Positions 10,707 to 22,693 of a stretch of 64,000 nt of DNA are shown piece after piece (within the stretch, counting starts at the first letter, position 1; each line of letters begins with the position of its first letter). The translations under genes and the position numbers were made by a program. This DNA comes from Dudresnaya verticillata. Its lineage: Eukaryota. The notes beneath the pieces were generated by a model. That model ran no database searches, was not told the DNA's origin, and saw only the letters and a list, made by a program, of their open reading frames with translations. Where the stretch lies: NCBI GenBank assembly GCA_977862235.1, contig OZ374559.1, positions 1,798,001-1,862,000 on the forward strand, read 5' to 3'.

Positions 10707-11960
10707 GAGAGAGAGAGAGAGACCTTTATTAAAGAACAAGAGAGAAGCCCCTTAAGAGGGCTTAGGATTCAGAGCTACCATAAAGAGGCGGAGGAGCAAG
10801 CTTGCGGCGGTTGACACTCACCGCGACGCATTGTAGAACTAAAGAGAGTAAACGAGTAGTGAGGCGAAGTTTCTCCGTAGACGGAGAGGTCCCGCGCTTG
10901 CTGGCAATGAAATTAGCAATACGTTGGGCGCCAACTTCAAAGCCAGATCCAACACGGCCATAGACATCTACAACCATAGGATGGAGAACCATATCCAAAC
11001 TAGCGCATACGCGGCGGTAATGAGAGCGATTGACACGTTCGCGAGCTGCAATGGCTTGGCCAGCAACGCGACCAGTGGAACCATGAATAGAATGGGGACT
11101 GACGATCGAGACATCAAATCCATGGGGGTGAGGGGCAAAGCCACGATCATCAACGAAAATATCCATACGCAGTACGCAGTTGGTCACGTGGATCAACAGG
11201 CTGTGGGGGACCACCAGAAGCAGCATGACGCTCGTCACGTATGCGTTCAGCACGTGTTCGGGCAGCGTTGGGGACAGAGCTACGGGGCCCATGCTCATCC
11301 GAATAAGTGAAACGATGCTCAACTTCAACGCGCACGCCATGGGGGCGGGCGATAGTCTGAAATAAGACGCTTAAGCGATCCCGAAGATGATCATGACGGC
11401 GAATCGTGCCCTCACGAGAAGAGCAGACCGTAGCATGATGCCCATAAACATCAAGAAGAGGGGGAACAGAAGCGGTACCATCAACACAACGGGGGCATGG
11501 GTCATCTCCACTGAAAATGGGAAGTCCAAGTCGTAGCTGGATCATTGATATCCAAACTTCAGGTTCGACCCGAGTACCGTGGAAGGAGGAAGGTACAGCG
11601 GCAAATGCGCGCGCAGAACTGGCCGTGCAGGTAGATTGCAGACGAAGACGACAGCGAAGATCATCACTAGAGTTGGATGACGGGGTCACAGAGGCCAAAA
11701 CCACGGCATTAATAGAAGAAAAAAGCTCATGATACACAGACCCGGGAGACCTTGAGTCATGAGGAGTAGCATGGAAAGAATTCAAGAACGTGGTTACATC
11801 ATTAAGTCGGGCTTGAAACTGTTTGCCAACAGAAGAGCGTAGACGGCCTAGGGAAGGCCCAAGGGTGTTGTCAGCAGGGAAGGGAAAAGGACCAAGAACT
11901 GTCCGGATGGTAGACATGCTTGAACCGAGAGACGCTAAATAGCTGAGATCCACCACAGCA
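10707..11960 (-). mobile_element. 5'-truncated copy of the same retrotransposon (corresponds to 3884-5140)
   Basis: Near-identical reverse complement (I saw only three substitutions), (GA)8 tail, and 11-bp TSD TTGATTATGAG at 10699-10709 and 11965-11975. Confidence 0.95.
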
Positions 11961-13790
11961 TAAATTGATTATGAGCCATCGTCGCTCGCACAAGCCTACG
12001 TTAAACAAACATTACAATTAAAATCAAACATCAGCTACTGAGGAATGGGTAGCTAATGACTTTTAGATACCGTATCTCCGGATGTAAATATCGTATCGCG
12101 GCATGTTTGTACCTGTGCGTAGGGCCTAGAACGCATCTACTAGAGTTGAGTATACTTTCGCTCAACTACGGACATAAATACTGTAATTGTGATAGAAACT
12201 TGGTAATCGGGAATACCTGCAGTCTTTGAAGCGTCAGGCTCATGTTACTACTCTTGAATACGAGGCCGCTTCAAAGCCAGCAACTCCGCAGCATGATGTT
12301 TGTAACGGCTTTTCAGCCCTCGTAGAGGAAAGCTGCGCTGCTGATCTTGAGCGATTGATGCGAGATCGTTTCGGCGATGTGCTTGAGGCCGCTGAGTTCC
12401 AATTGATAGCGTCGCTATTCCGACCACAATTTCTTCCATTCCTCCACTTAAGTCAAGGTTACAATTGTTGTCTCCGGTTCTGGGTTCTATCGCGCCCCCT
12501 TCGGTATCAAGAACTCGCTCTTTCTTACGTTTGGGGAGTTGTTCTGTGTAATTTCGCAAGAGACCAAAAAGGGACTTCCTTACGCCCAATCCAGAGGGAT
12601 TTGGTGAAGTTCGTATTGAAGAAGGTGTAGCTTGATCCGCCTATCGAGGACGGGCGGACGCAAGAGTTTGAGCTTCCCTTGGCGTGCCGGGTGCGATGGA
12701 CTGGCTCAACTGCCTGCGCGCTCCAGGGTACAATGCGCACATTGCAGAACGGAACCATCGCGCATGGATTCCATTTCTCTGTCGGAGTGCGATCGCATTG
12801 ATGGATCCCGATATTGAATGCCCTCGGGCTAGGTGCAAGAAGAAGATGGAAGTGAACGAACAGAATATTCTGATTTGTCCGAAGGGCATGCAGAACAGAT
12901 TATCTCGCTGTTAATGGGTCCACGACTCGCAGGTGCATTGGCTCGCTTGGAAATGGAACATACGACACACACTCCGATTGCGGAGTCGCAGCCGGTGGGG
13001 GCTAGCTTAAATGAGCCATAAATTAAGGCTCTTGGAACAGAAGGAGGAAGAAACTCCCTGATTTCTACTCAGAAAAGGTTAGGACTTACCGTGGCTTCAC
13101 CCAGGGGGCAAACCGTTTTGTGGCTAAACATTTGTGGCTTGTGACCGTACGGTGCCGATGGACACACTAGGCGGCTGGATGTCGGAGGCGCACAGGTGCA
13201 TGCAAGATATGGCGGATACATTGGCTTCTAGTGCCATGGTGACTCTTGGCGTTTCGCGAGCGGCTCTATTCCACAGGCGAAACTGGTACAGAACAACGTC
13301 CTTGATATAAGGGATGCAACAGATGTTGCAGATGGGCAAGTTTTTTGAGTTGGAGTTCAACTTTGGTGTGAAGCTACAGTAGATTCTACGTCGACACGAA
13401 TTAAAATATTATCACCTGTTGTAAAGTTGAACTCAACTCTTACAATCATTCTGGTGTCCCAGATGTGGGCCCGGGTTGTTCAACTGCGATGCCTTGGTGC
13501 ACAACCTGCGGCTTCCCAGGCTCAGCGAACTATCGACGCGATGAGGCCTCCCCGACTCCGCCCAGTGCCCGGCCAATCAAGAACCACTCGAGGATGGATG
13601 GTGGTTGATGAGCTCATTCAAGCACCACTCTCCATCAGGTTGAATAAAGTGTAACATCACCACTCTAAAGAACCATTCTTGTGCATGAACCGGAAGAAGA
13701 ACTTGACTATTCGCTCGAAATGATTCTCGATGTCTGGAGGGACATGGTTCTATTCACAAACACAGAAAGGTGAGACAGAATCTATATACA

Positions 13791-13831
13791 TTATATTCAA
13801 GCTGTGCTGGTTATATTCAAGCTGTGCTGGT
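13791..13831. repeat. 20-bp tandem duplication (TTATATTCAAGCTGTGCTGG x2)
   Basis: Directly visible. Confidence 0.9.
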
Positions 13832-15511
13832 GGTATGGGGCTGCGTGAAGAGACAACGACAGCTTAAGAGCAACAAGGGTTCTTTATGTGCACACCAGCG
13901 ATTCGGAAGACCATGACTGGACGCAGACCAGCGTCTGAAACAAGATGATGAACCCAAGCGTTTAATATGTAGACTACTCTCCAGCTTCGCACGTGCACAC
14001 ACCCGCGGGACGCGATCCCACGACCTCCATGGCGGACCAAGCAAAAAGAAACCACTAAGCTATTGCCGCTTCAGTGTGGCTTTGCTTGGTTTAGTAGTGC
14101 TGTGATGCTCCCTACTTAAGATCCTACTTCAGTAGGTATCTACAAATAGAATATATCCAAACATCACATTGTAAACCACATAAGTAACTTGAGACTCTCT
14201 AATACAGTATGAGTCGATATTATCAATGCAGCAAGGAAGGCAACGACGATTACAACTAACCAAGGTTGGCGTCCAAGCACTCATGCTCGCGGAAGGAACC
14301 TGAACTGCGCCATGAACTCTGTACGGAATTTGATTCGTCGCCCTTCTTTCTCCTACAGCGACATCATGATTATCACAACTTTATTGAAGCAAGACGAACA
14401 GCGGAAACCCTAATGACTTAGCCGCTGATGACTATTGAAAGGCCTGGACTAACTGGGCGTCGACGATTCACGGCGAGGGCGATGAGCTAGAGAATGCGGG
14501 AAACAGCGACTGTAGTAGAAATATTGCGGACGTAGGCCGTGCAAGGCGTGATGCATATAGCTGTTGTGATTACACAACGAGGAAAGTGCATGAGCTGCAC
14601 AGTAAAATAAAACCTGATGCCCTGAAAGCTGGCAGTGGAATGACACGCGAGCAACTGAGCACAAAAAGGCAAAGCGCTGTACTATTTTTTTGGTCGTCCC
14701 AGGTGTCGCGAGTTATCATACGGCTTGGAATACTCAAACAGAATGGAAGATGCCCTCTGTTACTGGCAAGCTAGCGCGCTTGTATCATATATGTATTTCT
14801 CATATCGCAAAAATCGCTGCGCAGCAGAAGAGCGAACATAATGGTTAACCCTTCCGCAAATGCATGCTAGTCGTTGCCTACTGTTATCGTTTGTTGCAAG
14901 AGTGCCTTATGACTATTTATGCGCCACATCCCCAATAACTATTCAGGTATATTCATCAAACGGCTGAAAAGGCGCTCCACATCTACCTTCTCGAATGTTT
15001 CGAAGTTCTCGAGACTTTGCGCATATCTCACGTTCTTAAAGAGGCATATGGGCTTTTAGTCGTCCGAACGGAACCACCAAAAGCAAACATCAAAAAGTTG
15101 TCCATAAGCACACATCATTAGCAGAGCTTTTGTTCGACCGAGGAGCCGGAACCGTAGACCGTTTAATGTCCGCCACATTTCGCGTCCCAATCTCATCCGA
15201 AGGTAAAATCGAAACCCGTGACGTCCCTTGGGGATCGCGATCCGACTCCACACTGTTTTACACTAGATACGTACAACTAGACAGCAGGGGCTGCATCCTA
15301 ATGTACGAGCTCTTCGCTGCTACTCTCCATCAATATTCTTGTCAGAAGACGCTGATAGGTTGTGTTGACGCTCCAGAGTTTTGGGCATTTTCCGGGCAGT
15401 ATATAAGTTCAGAAAACGTTTGTCGGCATCCGGTCTGCAATCTCATGCAATAGCCGGGCGCAACCTCAAACCAAAACATTTTTGCCTAGCAACCTTCTGT
15501 ACACCTAAGCC

Positions 15512-17095
15512 ATGAAAATCTACATTCTCTACACCGGGGGCACAATCGGTAGTGTCAGCACACCACTGACACCGATGAGCGGGGAAGAATTTGCCGCAGC
15601 CTTCACAGACTTGGTCACCCCAATGATCGTCAACGAACTTCCTGGCACAACGATAACTTTCGACTGGTTTGACGAGTCACTCGACAGCACCAATATGCAG
15701 CCATCTGAGTGGGTCAAAATGGCAGAGAAGATCGCTGCCAACTACACGGCATACGACGATTTCCTTATCCTACACGGAACCGATACTATGGCCTGGACCG
15801 CTTCCGCACTTTCGTTCATGCTCCCCGGACTCTCCAAGTCAGTGACTGTCACTGGCTCCCAGCTACCGATGTTCACCGAAGATTCATTGGAAGAGAGTGG
15901 ATATCAGCTGCTTTTCAATACTGACGCTGTTCGTAACGTTCTGGGTGCTATAAGCTTCTTCACTATGGAGGTTCCTGAGGTTTGTCTGTTCTTTGCTGAT
16001 AATCTTTTTAGGGGCAACAGAACCGTCAAGAGTAATGCTGCTGATTTTGTTGCTTTTGCATCTCCCAACTATCATGCACTCGGTCGTTATGGCGTATCTC
16101 CGACGCTGTACAGTCGCTATTGCCTTCCAGTACCCAAATCCAAGTCAATGGCAGTAGAACATAATCTTGCAGCAGTCACCGCCAGGATAGAAACGCTTGC
16201 TCAGAATATTACGCAAAAATCTGTCCTCCAGATTCAAACGTTTCCAGGATACTATAATAGCAGTGGGACGGAGTCCATGTTCTCCTCAATGCTGATGCAA
16301 CTTCGTACTGTATCGCCCACGGTTGCCGGAGTAGTCTTTGAATCGTACGGGATCGGAAATATTCCAAGCTTTTCTTCGGTTCAAGACGTCATTGGAACAA
16401 TGCATGATGAGGATCTAATGGTTCTGGTAGACTGCACCCAAGTATTTGCTGGTGCGGTTAATTACAACGAGTACGCGACTGGTGCATGGCTGAAAGAGAA
16501 AGGAGTTATAAGCGGAAGAGATATGACTCCGATTGCCGCAATGGCCAAGCTGACCATACTGAGGGCGCTGTCTCTCACGACATCACAGAGTGATCTGGAA
16601 ACCATGATGGGCGAAGACTTGGCAGGAGAACTTGAGAGCTATTACACTTTGTCGGGGTATCAAAATGACTATTTGGCCCCAGGCGAGAGCTTGTTCTCCA
16701 TCAATGGAGAGTACGAACTTGAGAATGAAGTTGAAGGAAGGATTGTGCTTTCCAACTCCGAAGGAACAGAACTTTGGTCTCAAGGTGTTATTGTAGATGG
16801 TGTTGGGGAACCAGGTCGCCTTGTGATGCAAGGAGACAATAATTTGGTGTATTACAATGAAGCTGGAGGAGACAAGTGGAACTCGAAGACCCTTGGCGTA
16901 CAACCAGAAGAAGGGATCAACTCCTACCTGAAAGTGGGGGATGACGGATCGCTCAAGTTGTACAATCTGGACACAGACGTTCCTTGGTTGCAGATATACC
17001 CCGAAGCGGGCACTGTTACGAAGCATACTCTCAAAAAGGGTCGTAAGAAGTCTAAGAGGAAGACTGGTGTCTTGAGCAGGAGGCGTAGATGTTAA
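15512..17095 (+). CDS. Type I (AnsA-like) L-asparaginase fused to a C-terminal bulb-type (B) lectin domain
   Basis: Asparaginase motifs LYTGGTIG, LDSTNM, HGTDTM, VTGSQLP, RGNRTVK...FASPN, DMTP.AA.AKL. Lectin: LAPGESLFS.NG.Y.L...W...RLVMQGDNNLVYY (QxDxNxVxY)...GDDGSLKLY. Confidence 0.9.
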   Translation: MKIYILYTGGTIGSVSTPLTPMSGEEFAAAFTDLVTPMIVNELPGTTITFDWFDESLDSTNMQPSEWVKMAEKIAANYTAYDDFLILHGTDTMAWTASALSFMLPGLSKSVTVTGSQLPMFTEDSLEESGYQLLFNTDAVRNVLGAISFFTMEVPEVCLFFADNLFRGNRTVKSNAADFVAFASPNYHALGRYGVSPTLYSRYCLPVPKSKSMAVEHNLAAVTARIETLAQNITQKSVLQIQTFPGYYNSSGTESMFSSMLMQLRTVSPTVAGVVFESYGIGNIPSFSSVQDVIGTMHDEDLMVLVDCTQVFAGAVNYNEYATGAWLKEKGVISGRDMTPIAAMAKLTILRALSLTTSQSDLETMMGEDLAGELESYYTLSGYQNDYLAPGESLFSINGEYELENEVEGRIVLSNSEGTELWSQGVIVDGVGEPGRLVMQGDNNLVYYNEAGGDKWNSKTLGVQPEEGINSYLKVGDDGSLKLYNLDTDVPWLQIYPEAGTVTKHTLKKGRKKSKRKTGVLSRRRRC

Positions 17096-19580
17096 TCGAG
17101 AGTGAGGTATTCACAGAGCAGGCTTGCCCACCTCAGATTCCGGAGAAAAAGTTAGAAATGTGAGCGTGGGCTCTTCTTCTTCCACTGGACGCCTCAAGCT
17201 CACTACTCGCCTGGTGCCATTGGTCCCTCAATGTGTTGAGGTTAGCGTTAATCCCTCCCTCCATTTCGTTGTAGTTCTGCTTCCTAAGCCCCCATATGGG
17301 GCTTATTTCTTTCTGTTGAGATAGAGGTATCTCCTTTTTGTGTAGAGGGAGACCTCACTTTATAAAATGCATGCACAAGGGCCCTAGAGGGCGTTACAAA
17401 CCGCAGAGTGGGGTCAGGGTCAGTACAGAGACGAAGTTTGTTTACACTTGCGGCATCAAACTGAAAGAAGAAGGAACGAGATGCGTAGAAAGCTAGAGTT
17501 AGAAAGTTAGAAAGCAATGAAAGCATTGGGGCTTCAGCAACCGGGCTCATCCCTATCTTGGAACCGCATTCCCTCTGTGAAGAAAACGCCGGTTCAGTAC
17601 AGAGTCTGAGATTCACAACAATAGCTGTGAGGTGTTGAAGAGGCAAGACGCTTACCGCCCGAACGTCGAGGATGGACGTGAGAGAGTGGCTACGCTCCTG
17701 TGGGATCCTTAGAATGAGCATATACCAAGATAAGACAATAGGCGGAATGCGACTATTTTGGTTGTTTTTACAAGCTTCATACATTGCATGGCTTGGGAAA
17801 CATGTTGTGTATTTAGATTTGATATCGCTTATTATTATTCACTTACCGGTCATTAATTTATCAGAAGTGTACTTCCGTATAACAATCACAGATGGATTTG
17901 CGATGGCGAGACTTTCATGTTCGTTCGTAAAGAGAGCCTGACCAGAAACTGTAGTAGCGTGGGTACGGATGGAATGTGGACTAACAACAGATGCGCAAAC
18001 GCATGCTTGCGCTGAAGGAAGAAAGCTAGTCCTAGCTCCTAGCTCCAGAATCATCAAAGAAGGTAGTCAAGTAAAATATCTATATGATTCTGATCCTAGG
18101 ATTACTCCGTTTCCTGAGACCGTTAAAGTTTCTGTGGTCAGTCTTCATGCTCTCTAACATTACTCGGTGTGCTGCCTTCTGGATTTCGTTTTTGGGAAAC
18201 CCCAACCAGCTACGACTTGCTCCTTTTTAGGGCAGGTTTGCGCTCAAGACCCTGTCTTACCGCCCGGTTCCCACCTTCTATGCAACCCCACAGAAGCGCA
18301 AAAGGGATGTATGCTCTCAACATTGTGAGAATATGTGAAGGCTTCTGCATTGCAGAAACGAATAGTGTGAAATGATTACAGCTCCAAGGGCAATTACGAA
18401 TAGCGTCAAAGCCGTACTACAAATCATTGCAGCCCAAGGGTAAAGGCTACGTGGAAGATTCCAATCACCAAGGGGGCCCGAGAGACTGATATACTGCACT
18501 CATATTGTTCGGTGGCTCAGGTTTTGCACCACAAAAGGTGCTGCGATTTACTCCGAAGGGATATGTTATCGATAGTTCTGCCGCATGCATGTTCCGCACA
18601 GTGCCCACCAAGTCCAGGATTGGATACTTGAGCGGTTCCCATCGCAACTTGATTGTGTAGATTAAGAATCTTCTTTGCATCATCACGGCTGCTGTAAGAA
18701 GAACGAGGAGACGGCAATTACTGAGCGAAAACTGTTTTCCGAAAGCGCGAAGCCGCTGAAGGCGGCTTAGGCTATAGAGAAATAGTAGAGATGTAGCGGG
18801 GGTGATAGCAGTTTGCACCGATAAATTGACCCATCACATCATTCTGCTTGCCGCAAAGATAAGCTAAGCTACGCTACGCTAAGCGACAAAAACAAGCATG
18901 CACATCACTTTAAGCGGTTTCCCTAGTGTATTCCACTAGGAATCTCTGCTGGCACTAACAACGAGATACCAAGCAATGACAAGGAATAAGTTACAGTACG
19001 GAGCAAGGGGATCCTTCCACGATCCGGTAGATTATTGCAATCTCGATACAGTACAGGCGGAAGAGGGTGCGAATTCAGCTGAGACAACGACACACACCCA
19101 GCAGAAGCTGTAGCACAACCACATGATATTTCCGAAGAAGTATATATGACGAAGAAGTCTGAGTATGCAGTAGCCGATCCTTTCGGAATAGGACTGCATT
19201 CCGAAGCCGTATCGTGGCGCCCTTAATTGTGGTTTGTAGTAGTCCTTATGCAGACGTATTCGAGAGCTCATTGGTCAAGAGAGGCCTATCCTCTTTCTGT
19301 ACCGTATTTTATTACAGTCCATAGGGAGATCGTAACAGTACATATTGTACAAACACAGGTCCCACTATAAGGTGCCCCCTCCAGGACGCGCCTCCTACTT
19401 GGGAAACCCCACCAAGGCGATTCACGTACTGCAGATAGTAAGAAAGCTGTAAACACCGAATAGATCTCGATGCCGTTATATATAGTTGTTATTCTTGTTC
19501 TTGAATCACTGATTTCAAATCTTCAGCGCTGACTACCAAGTCTGTTGCTGCAATACCAATACCCTTCACAACAAGCAAAC

Positions 19581-20303
19581 ATGAAGTCTCTCATAGTCAT
19601 TCTAACGCTGCTACCCTATGTTTCGTCCTTGTCTCTTCCATCGGTAAACCATCAACTTGACCCCCACTTTGCAGCACCGGCATGCCAGTCCATCTACATG
19701 CCGCCGAATTTGTGCCCAAACTGCCGCATGCTGCCATTCAATGAAACTGGGCGCTTCGAGAACCAACGCTTTATCTACGACATCGACGACCCGCTTTGTC
19801 GCAGAGGTCTTGAGGAATACGTGCAGCTCAACCCTTGCGACCATGTGCGTCGGGCGCAGATGAGCAATCTGACCGACGAAATCAATAGGAGGCGAATCGG
19901 AGTCTTCATGTACGCCGTCTGCGAAACATGCTGCGACTGCATTCCAATCGGGAGCCGCGCGGATCAATATGACGAAAGGAAGGCTGCGCGGAATCTTACC
20001 GCTGTCGTTCGGGGCAATTGTCCGGTGCATTTGCACTATGATACGTGCAAGATGTGGCCGAGAATCAAGAACATTGCCCGACCTGGTGGACCCCAAAACC
20101 TCTACCGCCACCAGGTGTGCCCGTTGGTAAGGCAATGGTATAATTCTCCGGCAAGAATGGGGTGGGGCCGTAACCCGCGTGTCAGGGGGATGGACTGGAG
20201 GATCAAGAGGTTTTTATGGCAGTTCAAGACATTTGCTCATTGTGAGAGTGAAACGCTTTGGAAGGAATGTGCAGCTCTCGAAGTTGCACAGCGCAGGGTA
20301 TAG
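19581..20303 (+). CDS. Secreted cysteine-rich protein, unknown function
   Basis: Signal-peptide-like MKSLIVILTLLPYVSS; Cys patterns CPNC, CETCCDC, GNCP..H.HYD.C. Confidence 0.75.
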   Translation: MKSLIVILTLLPYVSSLSLPSVNHQLDPHFAAPACQSIYMPPNLCPNCRMLPFNETGRFENQRFIYDIDDPLCRRGLEEYVQLNPCDHVRRAQMSNLTDEINRRRIGVFMYAVCETCCDCIPIGSRADQYDERKAARNLTAVVRGNCPVHLHYDTCKMWPRIKNIARPGGPQNLYRHQVCPLVRQWYNSPARMGWGRNPRVRGMDWRIKRFLWQFKTFAHCESETLWKECAALEVAQRRV

Positions 20304-22693
20304 GAGCATTTGCAGCGATGTAGTAGTCTTTGTCTAAGTAATTATTGCCCTTACTTCCGATGTGCAGTAAGATATATGCAGAGAAATTCTTAGTTATACC
20401 CGTACGTGCCATTGTTGTGTAGTTCCCGATCAAAACCTGTGAAATCGGAAAATATAGTTCATCAGTAACAGCTTGCAGTCATGGTCCTATTATACCTCAC
20501 AACGTGTGCTCTTAGATGGCAAAAGGGTTCAGAAAAGCTCTACCTATTAATGCACTTTTGTCCGTGGTATTCGCTTTGCGTCGTAGATTGGAAGTTCTTC
20601 TCCAAGAAGGTTTACGATAGCAGTAGCATTCACATTATAAGAGCATGCGTATGATAATAAAAACGGATTGTCCCCTTAGAAAGCTTTTTAATATAGCGAA
20701 GCAAAACGTGATAGGACCATCTCACGCAGAGCATGAGTTGTCTAAACTCAACTTTATAAAGTATAAATTCTTTCTTGACTCATCCTGCGTTTTACTCCTA
20801 GAATATTTAATCGTCAGAAACTAGACTCGTAGCTATCTTCAGGGCCTCCTCAAAAATCCCAGCCGCAAGCATTTGACAATTTTTGTGAAGCGAGACAAAG
20901 CAGCTATCGCACCCAACAAACAACTGCGTTGCAGGTGTAATTATTCACGACGCCTACAAGTTTCAGGAAGACAAGATCTTGAATAAAAGATGTAGCGCCA
21001 ATATGTTTCCAATATTCGAGGGGGAACGCTTGGCGAGGCCCGGAACCAGCAAAGAGTTAAACAGTGAAGCCCTAAAATGTTAAAGATTAAAGATGTCGTG
21101 TTGATATAATGCTTTAATCGACTATGAATATCCTGTGATGGGAAGGGCATGTTAGTGTTGCGCAACAACGCAATACATAAGTTTGGAGACCTAACTAGAA
21201 CCATACTGTAAATCATCCACTGAATGCTCCTAAGCGCCTCAAAGGTCAGGTTGAGCGCTGCCGTATTGGTTACGTTATTACAATCCTCAACACCTGGACT
21301 AATGATTTAATTCCGTTGGTGCTTATACTGTATATCGAGCAACGAGGGGAGTGTTTTTGCAAAAATGACGATAATTAACAATAAGATATTAACTATTTCT
21401 TAAACATTTACGCGATGAAGTAAGAAAGTCTGAGCATGCTAACCACTCAGTCGGCCTCAAAGATGCTCTATTCTATATTCGACATTCCCCAAAGTACTGA
21501 CTCTTGCTTCAATAAAGTTGTGATGATGATGAAGTACTGACTTACTTTCAAACTAAAATGCGTGAATATTGTCTGTCTAATTTGGACGCGCCTCTCGTTA
21601 TAGACAGGATAACGCTGCAATAAAGTGGATAGGGAAGCGTCTTGCGGAACGCTTCGTATTATATAAAAAAGGGCATGCAAACAATAGGCTTTACAACAGA
21701 GAACGTCAGGCGCGTCCCTGAGTGGACTGAATGTGAAATAGAGAGCACCGCATCTATTTTAATCTAAAAAGCAACCCTGTGTTACACCCTGGGAAAGGGT
21801 CTAACTACCAGGACACATTGCAGGAGGAGGGGAGAGGTTGCGATAGAAGAACTAAAGGACGACAGTGCCTATAAATTTTGCAGGCTGCCTGCTTTTGGAT
21901 TCTCCCGGAGTTGGGATCATGTGGATGACGCTTGTATGTTCCCTGACCGCTGAGGTTCTCAGCACGGACTACTTCAATAAATGAAACTAATATGTTGAGC
22001 AATGACGACACCGTCCAGCAAGCAATTCCAAGTCATTTGCTCCCCTCCACTTTCCACCCAACTCAATGTTGGTCCAGAAAATTCGCATCGGGGACGGGCC
22101 TTGCAAAATCTGCAGCACACCTCCGGGCCGAGGCTTCGCCCATACTGAGACATTCTCCTTTGGGTCGGGCCCTTGCTAGTAGCAGGGCGACAATTGAATG
22201 CGATTGCCCGGCATGCAGCATTGCCTGGCATCGAATGCTGATGTCATGCCGAACCACCACGTTGCAACAACAGTGACAACTCAGCCTCAAACCGGACGCT
22301 CAAGAGCAAGGCTTGACATGCAAACCCTATGAACAGTCCCCAGAGCCATGAATTCAACATGCCAAAACACCGAATCGGACTCATTCGAGACAACGCATCG
22401 GCCAGTCTCTCACTAGATCCCTACAATTTCCGACATATCTCTGAAGAAGGGCCTGACTTCATACGAATTCACCCTTTGCAGGGAAAATGTCCATGTCATT
22501 CGCTCTCAAAACCGCCTCGCTTGTCCGACATAAACTTCCTGAAAGAAATGCGCTGCTCTCATGCTGAGAGGACACAAGCTGAGGTATAAATGTCGCTCCG
22601 CCTGCCGATCAACGTAACCCAAAACCTAGGCAATCAATCTGCATCGCCGAGCTAGTTTTCAAACGCCTCGGTGTTCGAGCAGACGCAGCCAAG

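Noticed and set aside
3884..11960. Reading the repeat pair as LTRs or TIRs of one composite element
   Set aside because: Each copy has its own tail and TSD, so they are independent insertions.
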